DNA of 64,000 bases, from contig CAZWXQ010000001.1 of NCBI GenBank assembly GCA_964637955.1, positions 21,936 through 85,935 on the forward strand, written 5' to 3'. The translations under genes and the position numbers were made by a program. The DNA comes from an uncultured Gammaproteobacteria bacterium. GTDB taxonomy: Bacteria; Patescibacteriota; Microgenomatia; Levybacterales; UBA12049. A model generated the notes under the pieces. It was not told the origin of the DNA and did not search any database. It saw only the letters and a program-made list of their open reading frames with translations. Below, piece after piece: positions 47,240 to 56,453 of the stretch (position 1 is the first letter of the stretch; each line of letters begins with the position of its first letter).

Positions 47240-47839
47240 TTATTTTTTATAATATGCCCAACCTTTAATTATAAAATCAAAATTTTCACTGTCTTCACCT
47301 TTAGATGCTTGAATAGAACTTATTGAAATTACTCTCTGTGAGTTAATTAGATTATCAACAAATGTTTGTATGTTTTCAAATCTGGAAATGCCTGAGATAT
47401 TAAATGAAAATGAAGAGCTGGAGGTAGATGATGAAGAGCTTAGGTTTACTGGTGATACTTCAATGTTTGTTATTTGGACCAACGAATCTCCTCCGATTGA
47501 TTGGATTTGACCTACAAGTGTTGGGACTTGTGGATCTTTTGGAACTGCATCAAAAATTAGCGGAAGATCCTCTTGGAGCAATTGATATTCTTGGGAAAGT
47601 TGAGATATATTATTTATTTTTTGAGAAAGCTGTTGTTCTACAAATCTCGCATCAGTAATTTGTTTTTTTAGCTTTGCAATCGTTGAAAGTGTGGGATTGA
47701 TCGCAAATATGAAAAAGAAAATCGAAGCAGAAATAGAGAGTATTATTAGAAAATATTTTTGGTTATTCTCTTTTTTTATTGCAGGTACCAAATCTTTATA
47801 GTATTTATCAAAATTTGAAGTTTTAAATAATTTTTTCAC
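47240..47839 (-). CDS. pilO: Type IV pilus assembly protein PilO-like
   Basis: Single TM plus a coiled coil and the PilO-type periplasmic domain. Overlaps pilN by 4 nt. Confidence 0.55.
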   Translation of the reverse strand: MKKLFKTSNFDKYYKDLVPAIKKENNQKYFLIILSISASIFFFIFAINPTLSTIAKLKKQITDARFVEQQLSQKINNISQLSQEYQLLQEDLPLIFDAVPKDPQVPTLVGQIQSIGGDSLVQITNIEVSPVNLSSSSSTSSSSFSFNISGISRFENIQTFVDNLINSQRVISISSIQASKGEDSENFDFIIKGWAYYKK

Positions 47840-48375
47840 TCAATTGCTCCTTTCAATCCAACGGTTAAAGTTACGTTAGTAAAGCTTCCTCCAGAACTAT
47901 TATCAATGCCTGTAATGATTACTGAGGTAACGTTGGGATGCTCTTTTAGAGATTTAGCATAGGCTGTTAATGCTGGGAATGAAGCAACATTTATGTCTAG
48001 ATCAAGTTTATTTTCGGAAGCAGTTATTGAATTATAGGTTATTTCAGGTGGAGTTTTTTCTACAATTTCTTTAACTATAACAGGTGTAAAATTTTTTATG
48101 GTTGAAGCGCTTTTAATTGTGGCTAATCTTTCATGAAGGTTGCGATAAGTCTCTTCTTGTGTTCTACTGCTTTCAATTATTGCTTGCTCATCTTTTATCT
48201 TATCGTTTAAGTCTATTATTTGCCTGTCTAAGACAAATCTATAGATAAATGCGCTAAATGCTACTATTTCTACTAGAATTATTAAAAATCTACCAAAACT
48301 TAAAGCCCACCTTAAAATTTCATCAGTTAAGCTTGTTTTACTTTTAATTAAATCAATTTGGTTAGATTTGGGCAT
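47836..48375 (-). CDS. pilN: Type IV pilus assembly protein PilN-like
   Basis: Cytoplasmic N-terminus, one TM (FLIILVEIVAFSAFIYRFVL), and a periplasmic coiled coil. Confidence 0.55.
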   Translation of the reverse strand: MPKSNQIDLIKSKTSLTDEILRWALSFGRFLIILVEIVAFSAFIYRFVLDRQIIDLNDKIKDEQAIIESSRTQEETYRNLHERLATIKSASTIKNFTPVIVKEIVEKTPPEITYNSITASENKLDLDINVASFPALTAYAKSLKEHPNVTSVIITGIDNSSGGSFTNVTLTVGLKGAIE

Positions 48376-48426
48376 GTAATTTTAGTCTATGGGTTTTTGA
48401 AGCTTTTGTCAAAAATAATATTGAGG

Positions 48427-48699
48427 TTATTTAGCTTTGGATTTTGGTTTTTCAGTAGATGTGCCTGCTGATTTTGATTTAGCGAGTCTCGATTTGATTC
48501 TAGCAGCTTTATTTTTATGGATTAATCCTTTTTTTGCAGCTTTATCGATAACTTTACTGGCTTCTGATAAGCTTTTTACTGTAACACTTTTTTTAGTTTT
48601 CTTTACAGTTTTTTTGTAAGTTGATTTGAGAGATATGTTTGCTTGTTCTCTTTTTTTATCTTTTCTTAATTTCTTTTTTGCTTGTTTTGTTACTGGCAT
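48427..48699 (-). CDS. rpsT: 30S ribosomal protein S20
   Basis: MPVTKQAKKKLRKDKKR...KAARIKSRLAK. TAAAAT lies 6 nt upstream. Confidence 0.85.
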   Translation of the reverse strand: MPVTKQAKKKLRKDKKREQANISLKSTYKKTVKKTKKSVTVKSLSEASKVIDKAAKKGLIHKNKAARIKSRLAKSKSAGTSTEKPKSKAK

Positions 48700-48783
48700 A
48701 GGCGCATTTTAGCATGCTATACTGATATTCGCAACATCCTGCAATGCTTTTGGTGGGAAAAGAGTAAGCGGGTATTTTTTCAT

Positions 48784-50496
48784 ATGCCTTTACGTTTCTT
48801 TCAAAAAGGTCTTTCTTTTCTCCTTAAACAACAAACAAACATCCTTTCTGCAGCATTTGTTTTAATGGCAACAGCGGTTTTTTCTCAGATTCTAGGATTG
48901 GTAAGACAGAGGTTATTAGTTGCAAATTTTGGAGCAACTGATACTCTTGGAGTTTATCTCGCATCTTCAAGAATACCTGATTTCTTTTTCCAGCTTATTA
49001 TCGCTGCTGCATTGACTACAGCCTTTATTCCGGTTTTTACCAATTTTTTGCATCACAACAAGCATGATTCAGCAAATAAAATGGCTTCAGCAGTTTTATG
49101 CTTGGGTTTTTTATTTTTCGGCGTAGTTTCAGTAATACTTTTTATCTTTGCTCCATTTTTTCTACAGTTCATAAACCCTGGAGCAGGTTATAATCCAGAA
49201 CAAATGGCTCTCATGGCAAATTTAATGAGAGTTATTATTTTTGGACAGCTTATATTTTTAATTGCCACTTTTTTTGCATCAATTCTTCAATCTCACAATC
49301 ATTTTTTAGTCGCTGGTATTTCAGCTGCCCTTTATAACCTCGGAATAATTATAGGAATAGTATTTCTTTCAGATAAAATCGGAATTTATGCACCTGCAGT
49401 GGGAGTAATTATTGGAGCATGTTTTTTTGCTGTATTCCAGTTGCCTTTTGTTAGAAAAGTTGGATTTAAATTTATGCCTAGTTTTTCAACTAAAATTGAT
49501 GGAGTCCGAGAGGTTGGTAACCTGATGGCGCCAAGAACTTTATCTATTCTTATTCTTCAGTTGGGAACTCTTATAACTGTATCTTTAATTTCATTTTTGC
49601 CTTCTGCTGGTAGAAGTTATGTCATATATGATTATGCGATGACTTTGGCATTTGCCCCAATTGTTTTATTTGGGCAAAGCATTGCGCAGGCGGCGCTGCC
49701 TGTGTTGTCTCGTGAAAAAGATAATCTTGTTAATTTTCGCTCTACATTTTCAGCAAGTTATATACAAATGCTTTATTTAGTTCTGCCTGTTTCTGTGCTT
49801 TTTTTAATTCTTCGAATACCTATCGTAAGACTTGTTTTTGGAGCAGCGGAGTTTGATTGGGCAGCAACTGTTTTAACCGGGAGAACGCTAGCCTTCTTCT
49901 CGTTATCAATTTTTGCAAGTGCTTTAATTTATCTCGTTAGTCGAGCTTTTTATGCACTGCACAATACAAAAACACCTCTCATAATTGGTGCCATAACTAC
50001 CGCTGTTATGATTCTACTTAGCCTTCTTTTTGTTTTATTTTGGAGTCAAAATCTCGAAACTTTAGCAAATGCTTATACAGGGAGATTCAGGCTTATTCCG
50101 GTTGGCGTTGAATCACTAGCGTTTACTTATTCTGTTGCAGCAATTTTAAATCTAATACTCCTACTCTTCTTCTTAAATAAAAAAATAAAATTAATAACTA
50201 AGGATTTTATTGTTCCTCAAATAAAAATATTTTTATGTGTAATATTTATGGGATTTGCACTTTATATTCCAATAAAATTACTCGATCAGTTAGTTTTTGA
50301 CACCACCAGAACTGTAAACTTGATTTTACTAACTGGAATTTCAAGTCTTCTTGGGTTTGGAATTTACTTCTTTCTCACCTGGCTTTTTGATGTTAAAGAA
50401 GCAAGTACATTCCTTTTAATGTTTAAGAAGATAGGTGGATCAAAGCAAATAATTGACGAAAGTGAAAAAATTATTGAGCCAAGAATTAGTCAGTAA
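48784..50496 (+). CDS. murJ: Lipid II flippase MurJ. The start is set to Met35 of the track ORF.
   Basis: Family N-terminus ...ILSAAFVLMATAVFSQILGLVRQRLLVANFGA, 14 TM helices. The longer start would overlap rpsT, and TGCTATACT at ~48717-48725 acts as the promoter. Confidence 0.8.
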   Translation: MPLRFFQKGLSFLLKQQTNILSAAFVLMATAVFSQILGLVRQRLLVANFGATDTLGVYLASSRIPDFFFQLIIAAALTTAFIPVFTNFLHHNKHDSANKMASAVLCLGFLFFGVVSVILFIFAPFFLQFINPGAGYNPEQMALMANLMRVIIFGQLIFLIATFFASILQSHNHFLVAGISAALYNLGIIIGIVFLSDKIGIYAPAVGVIIGACFFAVFQLPFVRKVGFKFMPSFSTKIDGVREVGNLMAPRTLSILILQLGTLITVSLISFLPSAGRSYVIYDYAMTLAFAPIVLFGQSIAQAALPVLSREKDNLVNFRSTFSASYIQMLYLVLPVSVLFLILRIPIVRLVFGAAEFDWAATVLTGRTLAFFSLSIFASALIYLVSRAFYALHNTKTPLIIGAITTAVMILLSLLFVLFWSQNLETLANAYTGRFRLIPVGVESLAFTYSVAAILNLILLLFFLNKKIKLITKDFIVPQIKIFLCVIFMGFALYIPIKLLDQLVFDTTRTVNLILLTGISSLLGFGIYFFLTWLFDVKEASTFLLMFKKIGGSKQIIDESEKIIEPRISQ

Positions 50497-50653
50497 TTGA
50501 TTTGTCTCGTCGCTATCGTTATACTTGCAGGTCATGACTCCCGTTAGAAGCCGCGATTGCAAGCTTATTTAGAGAGTTTAGTATGATTTATGAAATTAAT
50601 AAAATATTAAAAGAAATGGAGATTTAAGTGGATCGCGATCTGCTTTTAACGGG

Positions 50654-52390
50654 ATGAATAAAAATATAAGAAATTTCGCTATTATTGCGCATGTGGATCA
50701 TGGGAAATCTACACTTGCTGATAGGTTTTTAGAAATAACTAAAACTCTTACTATAAATAAAATAGGAGAGCAGTATCTTGATACAAACCCGATTGAAAAG
50801 GCTCGTGGAATAACTATAAAACTTGCTCCAGTTCGTATGAATTATCAGCTAAATGGGCAGGATTACGTATTGAATCTAATAGATACCCCAGGCCACGTAG
50901 ATTTTTCTTATGAAGTTTCTAGAACTCTTGCAGCCTGTGAGGGGGCAATTTTACTTGTTGATGCTACTCAAGGAGTTCAAGCTCAAACTGTAGCTCACTT
51001 TTTTGCAGCAAAAAAAGAAGGTCTTACTATTATTCCAGTTTTGAATAAGATTGATCTTCCAAGTGCTCGAACTGATGATATTGTAAAAGAACTTGAGGAG
51101 ATATTTGGAATAGATAAAAATGACATAATTTATATTTCTGCCAAAACTGGAGAAAATGTCCCAAATTTACTTGAGGCAATTGTGAATAGAATTCCTTCGC
51201 CAAAAGGATTAGTTGAATCTCCGCTTCGTGCTTTGATTTTTGATGCATTATTTGATGAGCACAGAGGTGTTATTATTTTTGTTCGCATAACTGACGGAAA
51301 GCTTTTAAAAAATGGAAAAATAACTTTTTATCAGACAGGAAAAACTGCAAATGCTAATGAAATCGGATGTTTTACTCCTCTTATGACTCCTCGGGCAGAA
51401 TTAATTGCAGGAGAGATCGGATATATAGTAACGGGAATTAAAGATATTCATGAGACTCGAGTGGGAGATACTATTTGCTTAGATTCAGGAAAAATTGAAC
51501 CACTCCCTGGATATAAGAAACCACAGCCTATGGTTTTCTTTGGGGTTTATCCAAAGACAACAGATGAACTCGTTAATTTAAAAGAAGGACTATTTAAATA
51601 TGCACTTAACGATACTTCAATTACAATTGCCAATGAATACTCCTCATTTTTGGGAAATGGTTTCCGCGTAGGATTTTTGGGCTTGCTTCATGCAGACATT
51701 GTTCGCCAAAGATTAAATGAAGAAGAGAATGTAGATTTATTTTTAACTTCCCCTCAAGTTCTTTATGAGAAAAATGAGAATGGAGATATGCTCGAACCAT
51801 ATATGAACCTAACTGTTTTTGTGCCTTCGATGTATGTAGGTGGAGTAATTTCTACTTGCCAACAAAGAAAAGGAAATATGGTGGATATTACATATTTTCA
51901 AAATAGTGCAATTTTAAAATATGAAATGCCATACTCGATGTTGGTTCGGGGTTTGTCTTCAGATCTAAAATCGATCACTTCTGGCTATGCGAGTATCGAT
52001 TATGAATTATCTGATTATAGACCTGCCAATCTTGTAAATATTGAAATTAGGATTAATGATGTTTCGGTTGATGTACTTAGTGAATATGCATATAAAGATG
52101 AAGCACCTTACATAGCGCGAGAAAAAGCAGAAAAATTAAAAGAAAAACTTCCACGCCTTCAGGTTCGCCAAATCATCCAAGCAGTAATTGACGGTACTAT
52201 TGTTGCTCGTGAAGAAATTTCCCCATATAAAAAAGATGTTTTGATGCATGGAAGTAAAGTAGTTGGAGGAGGAGATGTAACTCGAAAGAAAATGCTTTTA
52301 GAAAAACAGAAAAAAGGAAAAGAGAGAATGACCGATACAGCAAAAATAGATATTCCTCAAGACGTTTTATTTAGTTTGATAGAAAAATAA
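50654..52390 (+). CDS. lepA: Elongation factor 4 (LepA)
   Basis: NFAIIAHVDHGKSTLADR G1 motif, DTPGHVDF, NKID, and the LepA-specific C-terminal domain. Confidence 0.9.
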   Translation: MNKNIRNFAIIAHVDHGKSTLADRFLEITKTLTINKIGEQYLDTNPIEKARGITIKLAPVRMNYQLNGQDYVLNLIDTPGHVDFSYEVSRTLAACEGAILLVDATQGVQAQTVAHFFAAKKEGLTIIPVLNKIDLPSARTDDIVKELEEIFGIDKNDIIYISAKTGENVPNLLEAIVNRIPSPKGLVESPLRALIFDALFDEHRGVIIFVRITDGKLLKNGKITFYQTGKTANANEIGCFTPLMTPRAELIAGEIGYIVTGIKDIHETRVGDTICLDSGKIEPLPGYKKPQPMVFFGVYPKTTDELVNLKEGLFKYALNDTSITIANEYSSFLGNGFRVGFLGLLHADIVRQRLNEEENVDLFLTSPQVLYEKNENGDMLEPYMNLTVFVPSMYVGGVISTCQQRKGNMVDITYFQNSAILKYEMPYSMLVRGLSSDLKSITSGYASIDYELSDYRPANLVNIEIRINDVSVDVLSEYAYKDEAPYIAREKAEKLKEKLPRLQVRQIIQAVIDGTIVAREEISPYKKDVLMHGSKVVGGGDVTRKKMLLEKQKKGKERMTDTAKIDIPQDVLFSLIEK

Positions 52391-52439
52391 GTTATATTAA
52401 CTTAGTTTTATTGAATTCATGTTGTAACATAGTTTTATT

Positions 52440-54371
52440 ATGCAATTTCTTCTCTCCGTTTCTATTTTTTTAATTTCTATTTTAATCGCTTTTTTTATCC
52501 CGGGTAATGTCATTTTAAGAAAAATAAGCTTAACTAAAACTCAAAGGATCGCGAATTCATTCATAATTGGAATTATTTTTTGGGCTTTTCAAGCATACAT
52601 ATTAGGATATTTAAATATTGAATGGGGTACATATTTATATTTAATACTTTTTATATTTTTGCAGATTTACATTATTTTTAAGTCAAATTTTAATATAAAA
52701 TCAGTCTTTAAGAATTTAAAAAAAGAAAAATTAGAATATAAAACATATTTTCTAATTATTTTAGGAATAATATCTACATCTTCTGTTTTATTTACTTTTG
52801 GGATAAATGTTGATTCCGGGTTTTTACTATGCTGTGGAGATTTTCGAGATAATTTACTTCATTTGGCTTATATAAATCAGGTAATTAAAAATATTCCGCC
52901 CATGGAACCAGGCTTAGCAGGAAATGAAATTAGCAATTACCATTATTGGATGCATATTGTAATTGGGGATTTGATTAGAGTTTTTAAGCTTCCAATTATT
53001 GATACTACAATGAGGTTCTTCCCAATATTTTTATCTACTCTTCTTGCTTTACTTTTAGTTTCTTTTTCACAGACTCTTAAATTTTCAAAAAAATTATTAT
53101 TTTGGTTAATTTTCTTTTTCTTTTTTACAGGAGATTTTATTTATTTAGTTCATTTGTTATTAGGAAATGGCTTATCTTTTGATAATTATATTCATACAAA
53201 TATAACTTTATTTGTAAATTATCCTTTTGGATTCTCAGTAATAGTAATTATGGGAGCTATTAATTTGCTAGCGTTATATATCTTAAACAAAAGCAAGTTT
53301 TTATTAATTCTGACGGGACTCACTGTAGGAAGCGTAATTGGATTTAAAGTTAATTCTGGATTTTTTATGCTTAGTGGTTTAGCTGTTTTAGCTACTTATG
53401 GATTAGTTAAAAAGAAATTTGAATTTATAATCCTTTTTTTATGGTCGGCCATTATTAGTTTGTTTATTTATTTACCGACAAGTTTACATTCTTCAGGGGG
53501 TTTGATATTTACTGGGTTTTGGAGAGTGCAAGATTATATTGTTCAGCCTTCTTTTGGTTTATCGCGAATGGAGCTTGCGAGGAGAATCTATCTAGATCAT
53601 GATAACTTCATTAAAGTTTTTTTGTACAACATTTTTTATTCTATATTTTATTTGTTTGCAGTGCTTGGAGTATTGCTTGGAGTATTTATAGTTCCATTTA
53701 AAATTTTGAAAAAAATACCAGCAGAATTAAATGTTTTTCTTTTATCAAGCATAGTCATAAGTTTTATAACAGGATTTTTCTTTATTCAAAATCCAGGTGG
53801 AGCAAATAGTATGTTTTTTATTACTATCTCTCTCGTAATATTAAGCATATACTGCGCATTATTTGCTGATTATTGGACTTCTAAATGGAATAAAAAAAGT
53901 TTTAATATTTTAATATCATTTTTAATAGTATTAGTAACTATTCCCACAACAATTTATTTTCTTTATTCAAGCTCAAAAATATTAATTAATAAGCCGGTTA
54001 TAACTACCGAAGAAATGCAAGCAATAAAGTATCTAACTGATAATACAAATAAAGATAGTACTTTATTGGTATTAAATAATTATTTAGATCAACATTCTTC
54101 ATACATTAACTTTTTGTCAGATAGGCCTTCATTCTTGTCTGGCCAAGAAGCAGAATTAGAAGTTCACGGAATTTACTTTAAGGATAGACAGGGCAGTTCA
54201 GACATAATTTTTAAGAATAAATCTTCAAAAAGTGTCATGTATGAAATTAATAAAATAGGCATTAATTACATTTACATGAATTCCAGTGACAAATTAAATT
54301 GTCAGTGTGAAGATAAGCTAAAAAAGGTATTTCAAAATGATGTAATTAAAATATTAAAAACGGATAATTAA
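52440..54371 (+). CDS. Large polytopic membrane protein (GT-C-like paralogue, hypothetical)
   Basis: 643 aa with ~14 TM helices plus a C-terminal soluble domain. Architecture is similar to 39704-44723. Confidence 0.45.
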   Translation: MQFLLSVSIFLISILIAFFIPGNVILRKISLTKTQRIANSFIIGIIFWAFQAYILGYLNIEWGTYLYLILFIFLQIYIIFKSNFNIKSVFKNLKKEKLEYKTYFLIILGIISTSSVLFTFGINVDSGFLLCCGDFRDNLLHLAYINQVIKNIPPMEPGLAGNEISNYHYWMHIVIGDLIRVFKLPIIDTTMRFFPIFLSTLLALLLVSFSQTLKFSKKLLFWLIFFFFFTGDFIYLVHLLLGNGLSFDNYIHTNITLFVNYPFGFSVIVIMGAINLLALYILNKSKFLLILTGLTVGSVIGFKVNSGFFMLSGLAVLATYGLVKKKFEFIILFLWSAIISLFIYLPTSLHSSGGLIFTGFWRVQDYIVQPSFGLSRMELARRIYLDHDNFIKVFLYNIFYSIFYLFAVLGVLLGVFIVPFKILKKIPAELNVFLLSSIVISFITGFFFIQNPGGANSMFFITISLVILSIYCALFADYWTSKWNKKSFNILISFLIVLVTIPTTIYFLYSSSKILINKPVITTEEMQAIKYLTDNTNKDSTLLVLNNYLDQHSSYINFLSDRPSFLSGQEAELEVHGIYFKDRQGSSDIIFKNKSSKSVMYEINKIGINYIYMNSSDKLNCQCEDKLKKVFQNDVIKILKTDN

Positions 54372-54435
54372 CGCTAAAGTAATGTTAAATAAAAATTCCT
54401 CAATAAGTTTTATTCTCAATTATTGATAAATAAGA

Positions 54436-55305
54436 TTAATGACTAGGAGCTGAGACAACATTCTTTTTATTTTCAATATCAATTGAAAGACCAATTCGAA
54501 GAATCGTTTCCTCTAGAACTTTTCGCATATCAGATCCCGTTTTATAATTTGCAGTGTAAGGGCCAACTGTAATTCTTTTCCCTCTGGCAAGTTCATACCC
54601 TTTTTTAAAACTTCCAAAAGGAGCCGAAGCACCAATCCCAGCGCCTCCATTGCTAGTTACGGCTGAAAGGCAGGGAATATCACTTGGTCCATCTCCAATA
54701 TAAATCATTTGAGAAAATGGTATGCGCTGCATTTCTGTTGATATCGCATCATTAATTCTGTAAGGATCACTTCTAAGGATCTGAATATCAATTCCTTTTC
54801 TTATCCCATGAATGAATCTTGTTTTTTCTGTAAATGAAATTGCAGATCGAATTCCAATTGGTTGTGGGTTTGATTTATCATATGCAAAGTTGCTGCCAAA
54901 GATTCCATTGACTTGATCGCCAATTCTAGATGATCTAATTACTTCTTCAAGTCCTCCGCTTATAATATAAAATTCCAAAGAAATGCGAGATTTTTTAAGT
55001 TGATCATTATTTTTAACAAAATCTTTTAATTCTGAAATGGCAAGTGGAAGGCCTGGAAATAATTTTAGCTTTTTACCTAAGCTTGAGAGTTTTTTTATCG
55101 AAAGATCCAGATCTCCGTTTTCTGAAAGAGACTTCATTTTATGCATGTAAGCTAATGGTGGATCCCATCCTTCTTCAACCAGTTTATTTATTTCATCCCA
55201 AAAATCTATGGGAGATATACCTTGCTCAGTTAGAACATATGAAATAGTATCTGGTCCAAGAGTTTCATCAAAATCAAAAACTACAGCAATTACGGATTCG
55301 CTCAT
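54436..55305 (-). CDS. HAD-superfamily hydrolase
   Basis: Motif I is VFDFDETL. Motif IV is YIGDGPSDI. Confidence 0.65.
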   Translation of the reverse strand: MSESVIAVVFDFDETLGPDTISYVLTEQGISPIDFWDEINKLVEEGWDPPLAYMHKMKSLSENGDLDLSIKKLSSLGKKLKLFPGLPLAISELKDFVKNNDQLKKSRISLEFYIISGGLEEVIRSSRIGDQVNGIFGSNFAYDKSNPQPIGIRSAISFTEKTRFIHGIRKGIDIQILRSDPYRINDAISTEMQRIPFSQMIYIGDGPSDIPCLSAVTSNGGAGIGASAPFGSFKKGYELARGKRITVGPYTANYKTGSDMRKVLEETILRIGLSIDIENKKNVVSAPSH

Positions 55306-55452
55306 TTAAGTGGCATTGTAGATCTAATTGTGGGTGTTGTCAAAATTAATTTAGATTTAAATTTAATTATAAGCTTAAGATTAAAAACTTAATAAAATTT
55401 TTTATTTCAATATTTATTTTTAGCTAAAATTATCAGTATGAAAGATTTAAGT

Positions 55453-56415
55453 TTATGGTTGTTGATTAAAATCACTTAATATATTTTTCATTTCAGAAAT
55501 GGATTTTGTTTCCATTATTTTTTCCCTAAGATTTACTGCGTCAGGAAAGTTATTTAGATAAGTTTTGCAAAACCTTTTTAGGAGTGCGATATTTTTCTCT
55601 TTCCAGGTTAATTCAAATAAATTAATATGTTTTAAATATAAATCTACTCTTTCGTTAACGGTTACTTTATTGATATCCACTTCTCTGTTAAATAGCCAAG
55701 GATTATGGAAAATTCCACGTCCTACCATGAATCCATCGCATTTGTATTCTTCATATTTATTTTTAATTTCTCCCATGGTTAAAAGGTCTCCATTTCCGAT
55801 TATAAGAGTATGAGGTGAGATTTCATTTCTGAGCTTGATAATCTCAGTCATAAGGTCCCAATGCGCTGGAACTTTTGAAAGTTCTGCTATAGTTCGAAGA
55901 TGAAGGGTAAGAGCGGGTAAATTTTGAGAAAGTAATAATTTAATCCAATCTAGATTTATTTCAGAAAATCCTAAACGAGTTTTTATACTAACAGGAAGAT
56001 TACCAGCGCCAGCTATGGTCTGTTTAATAATTTCTTTTGCAAGTTCCGGATTTTTAATAAGAGCGCCGCAGCTTCCTCTATTTATAATTATCCGGTCAGG
56101 GCACCCCATATTTATATCTATTCCTGAAAATTCCATTCTTCTGCAAATTTCAGCTGACCGGCGGAAAGATTCTGGATTTTTTCCCCAGATTTGTGCAACG
56201 ATAGGTTTTTGATGATTGCTAAATTTTAGATTTTCACTAACCTTTTCAAACCCAAGTTCAGATGTGAGTCCGTCTACGTTTGTAAACTCTGTAAAGAAGA
56301 TATTTGGTCTGCCTATTTCCTGAATTATATCTCTAAAAACATAATCCGTTACTCCTTCCATCGGAGCTAATACCGTGAAAGGAATTGGTAGAGTATTCCA
56401 AAATGATTTAGTCAT
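55453..56415 (-). CDS. dus: tRNA-dihydrouridine synthase
   Basis: LAPMEGVTD, IWGKNPE, and DINMGCP (catalytic Cys). Confidence 0.85.
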   Translation of the reverse strand: MTKSFWNTLPIPFTVLAPMEGVTDYVFRDIIQEIGRPNIFFTEFTNVDGLTSELGFEKVSENLKFSNHQKPIVAQIWGKNPESFRRSAEICRRMEFSGIDINMGCPDRIIINRGSCGALIKNPELAKEIIKQTIAGAGNLPVSIKTRLGFSEINLDWIKLLLSQNLPALTLHLRTIAELSKVPAHWDLMTEIIKLRNEISPHTLIIGNGDLLTMGEIKNKYEEYKCDGFMVGRGIFHNPWLFNREVDINKVTVNERVDLYLKHINLFELTWKEKNIALLKRFCKTYLNNFPDAVNLREKIMETKSISEMKNILSDFNQQP

Positions 56416-56453
56416 GAGGCTAATTATACAAGATTAACTATTAAAAATTTCAA

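Noticed and set aside
48682-48783. Longer MurJ start overlapping rpsT on the opposite strand
   Set aside because: The extra 34 residues (MFCYWHRRILACYTDI...) are atypical for MurJ. They would also place coding sequence over the rpsT promoter and start. A TGCTATACT promoter lies inside this extension.
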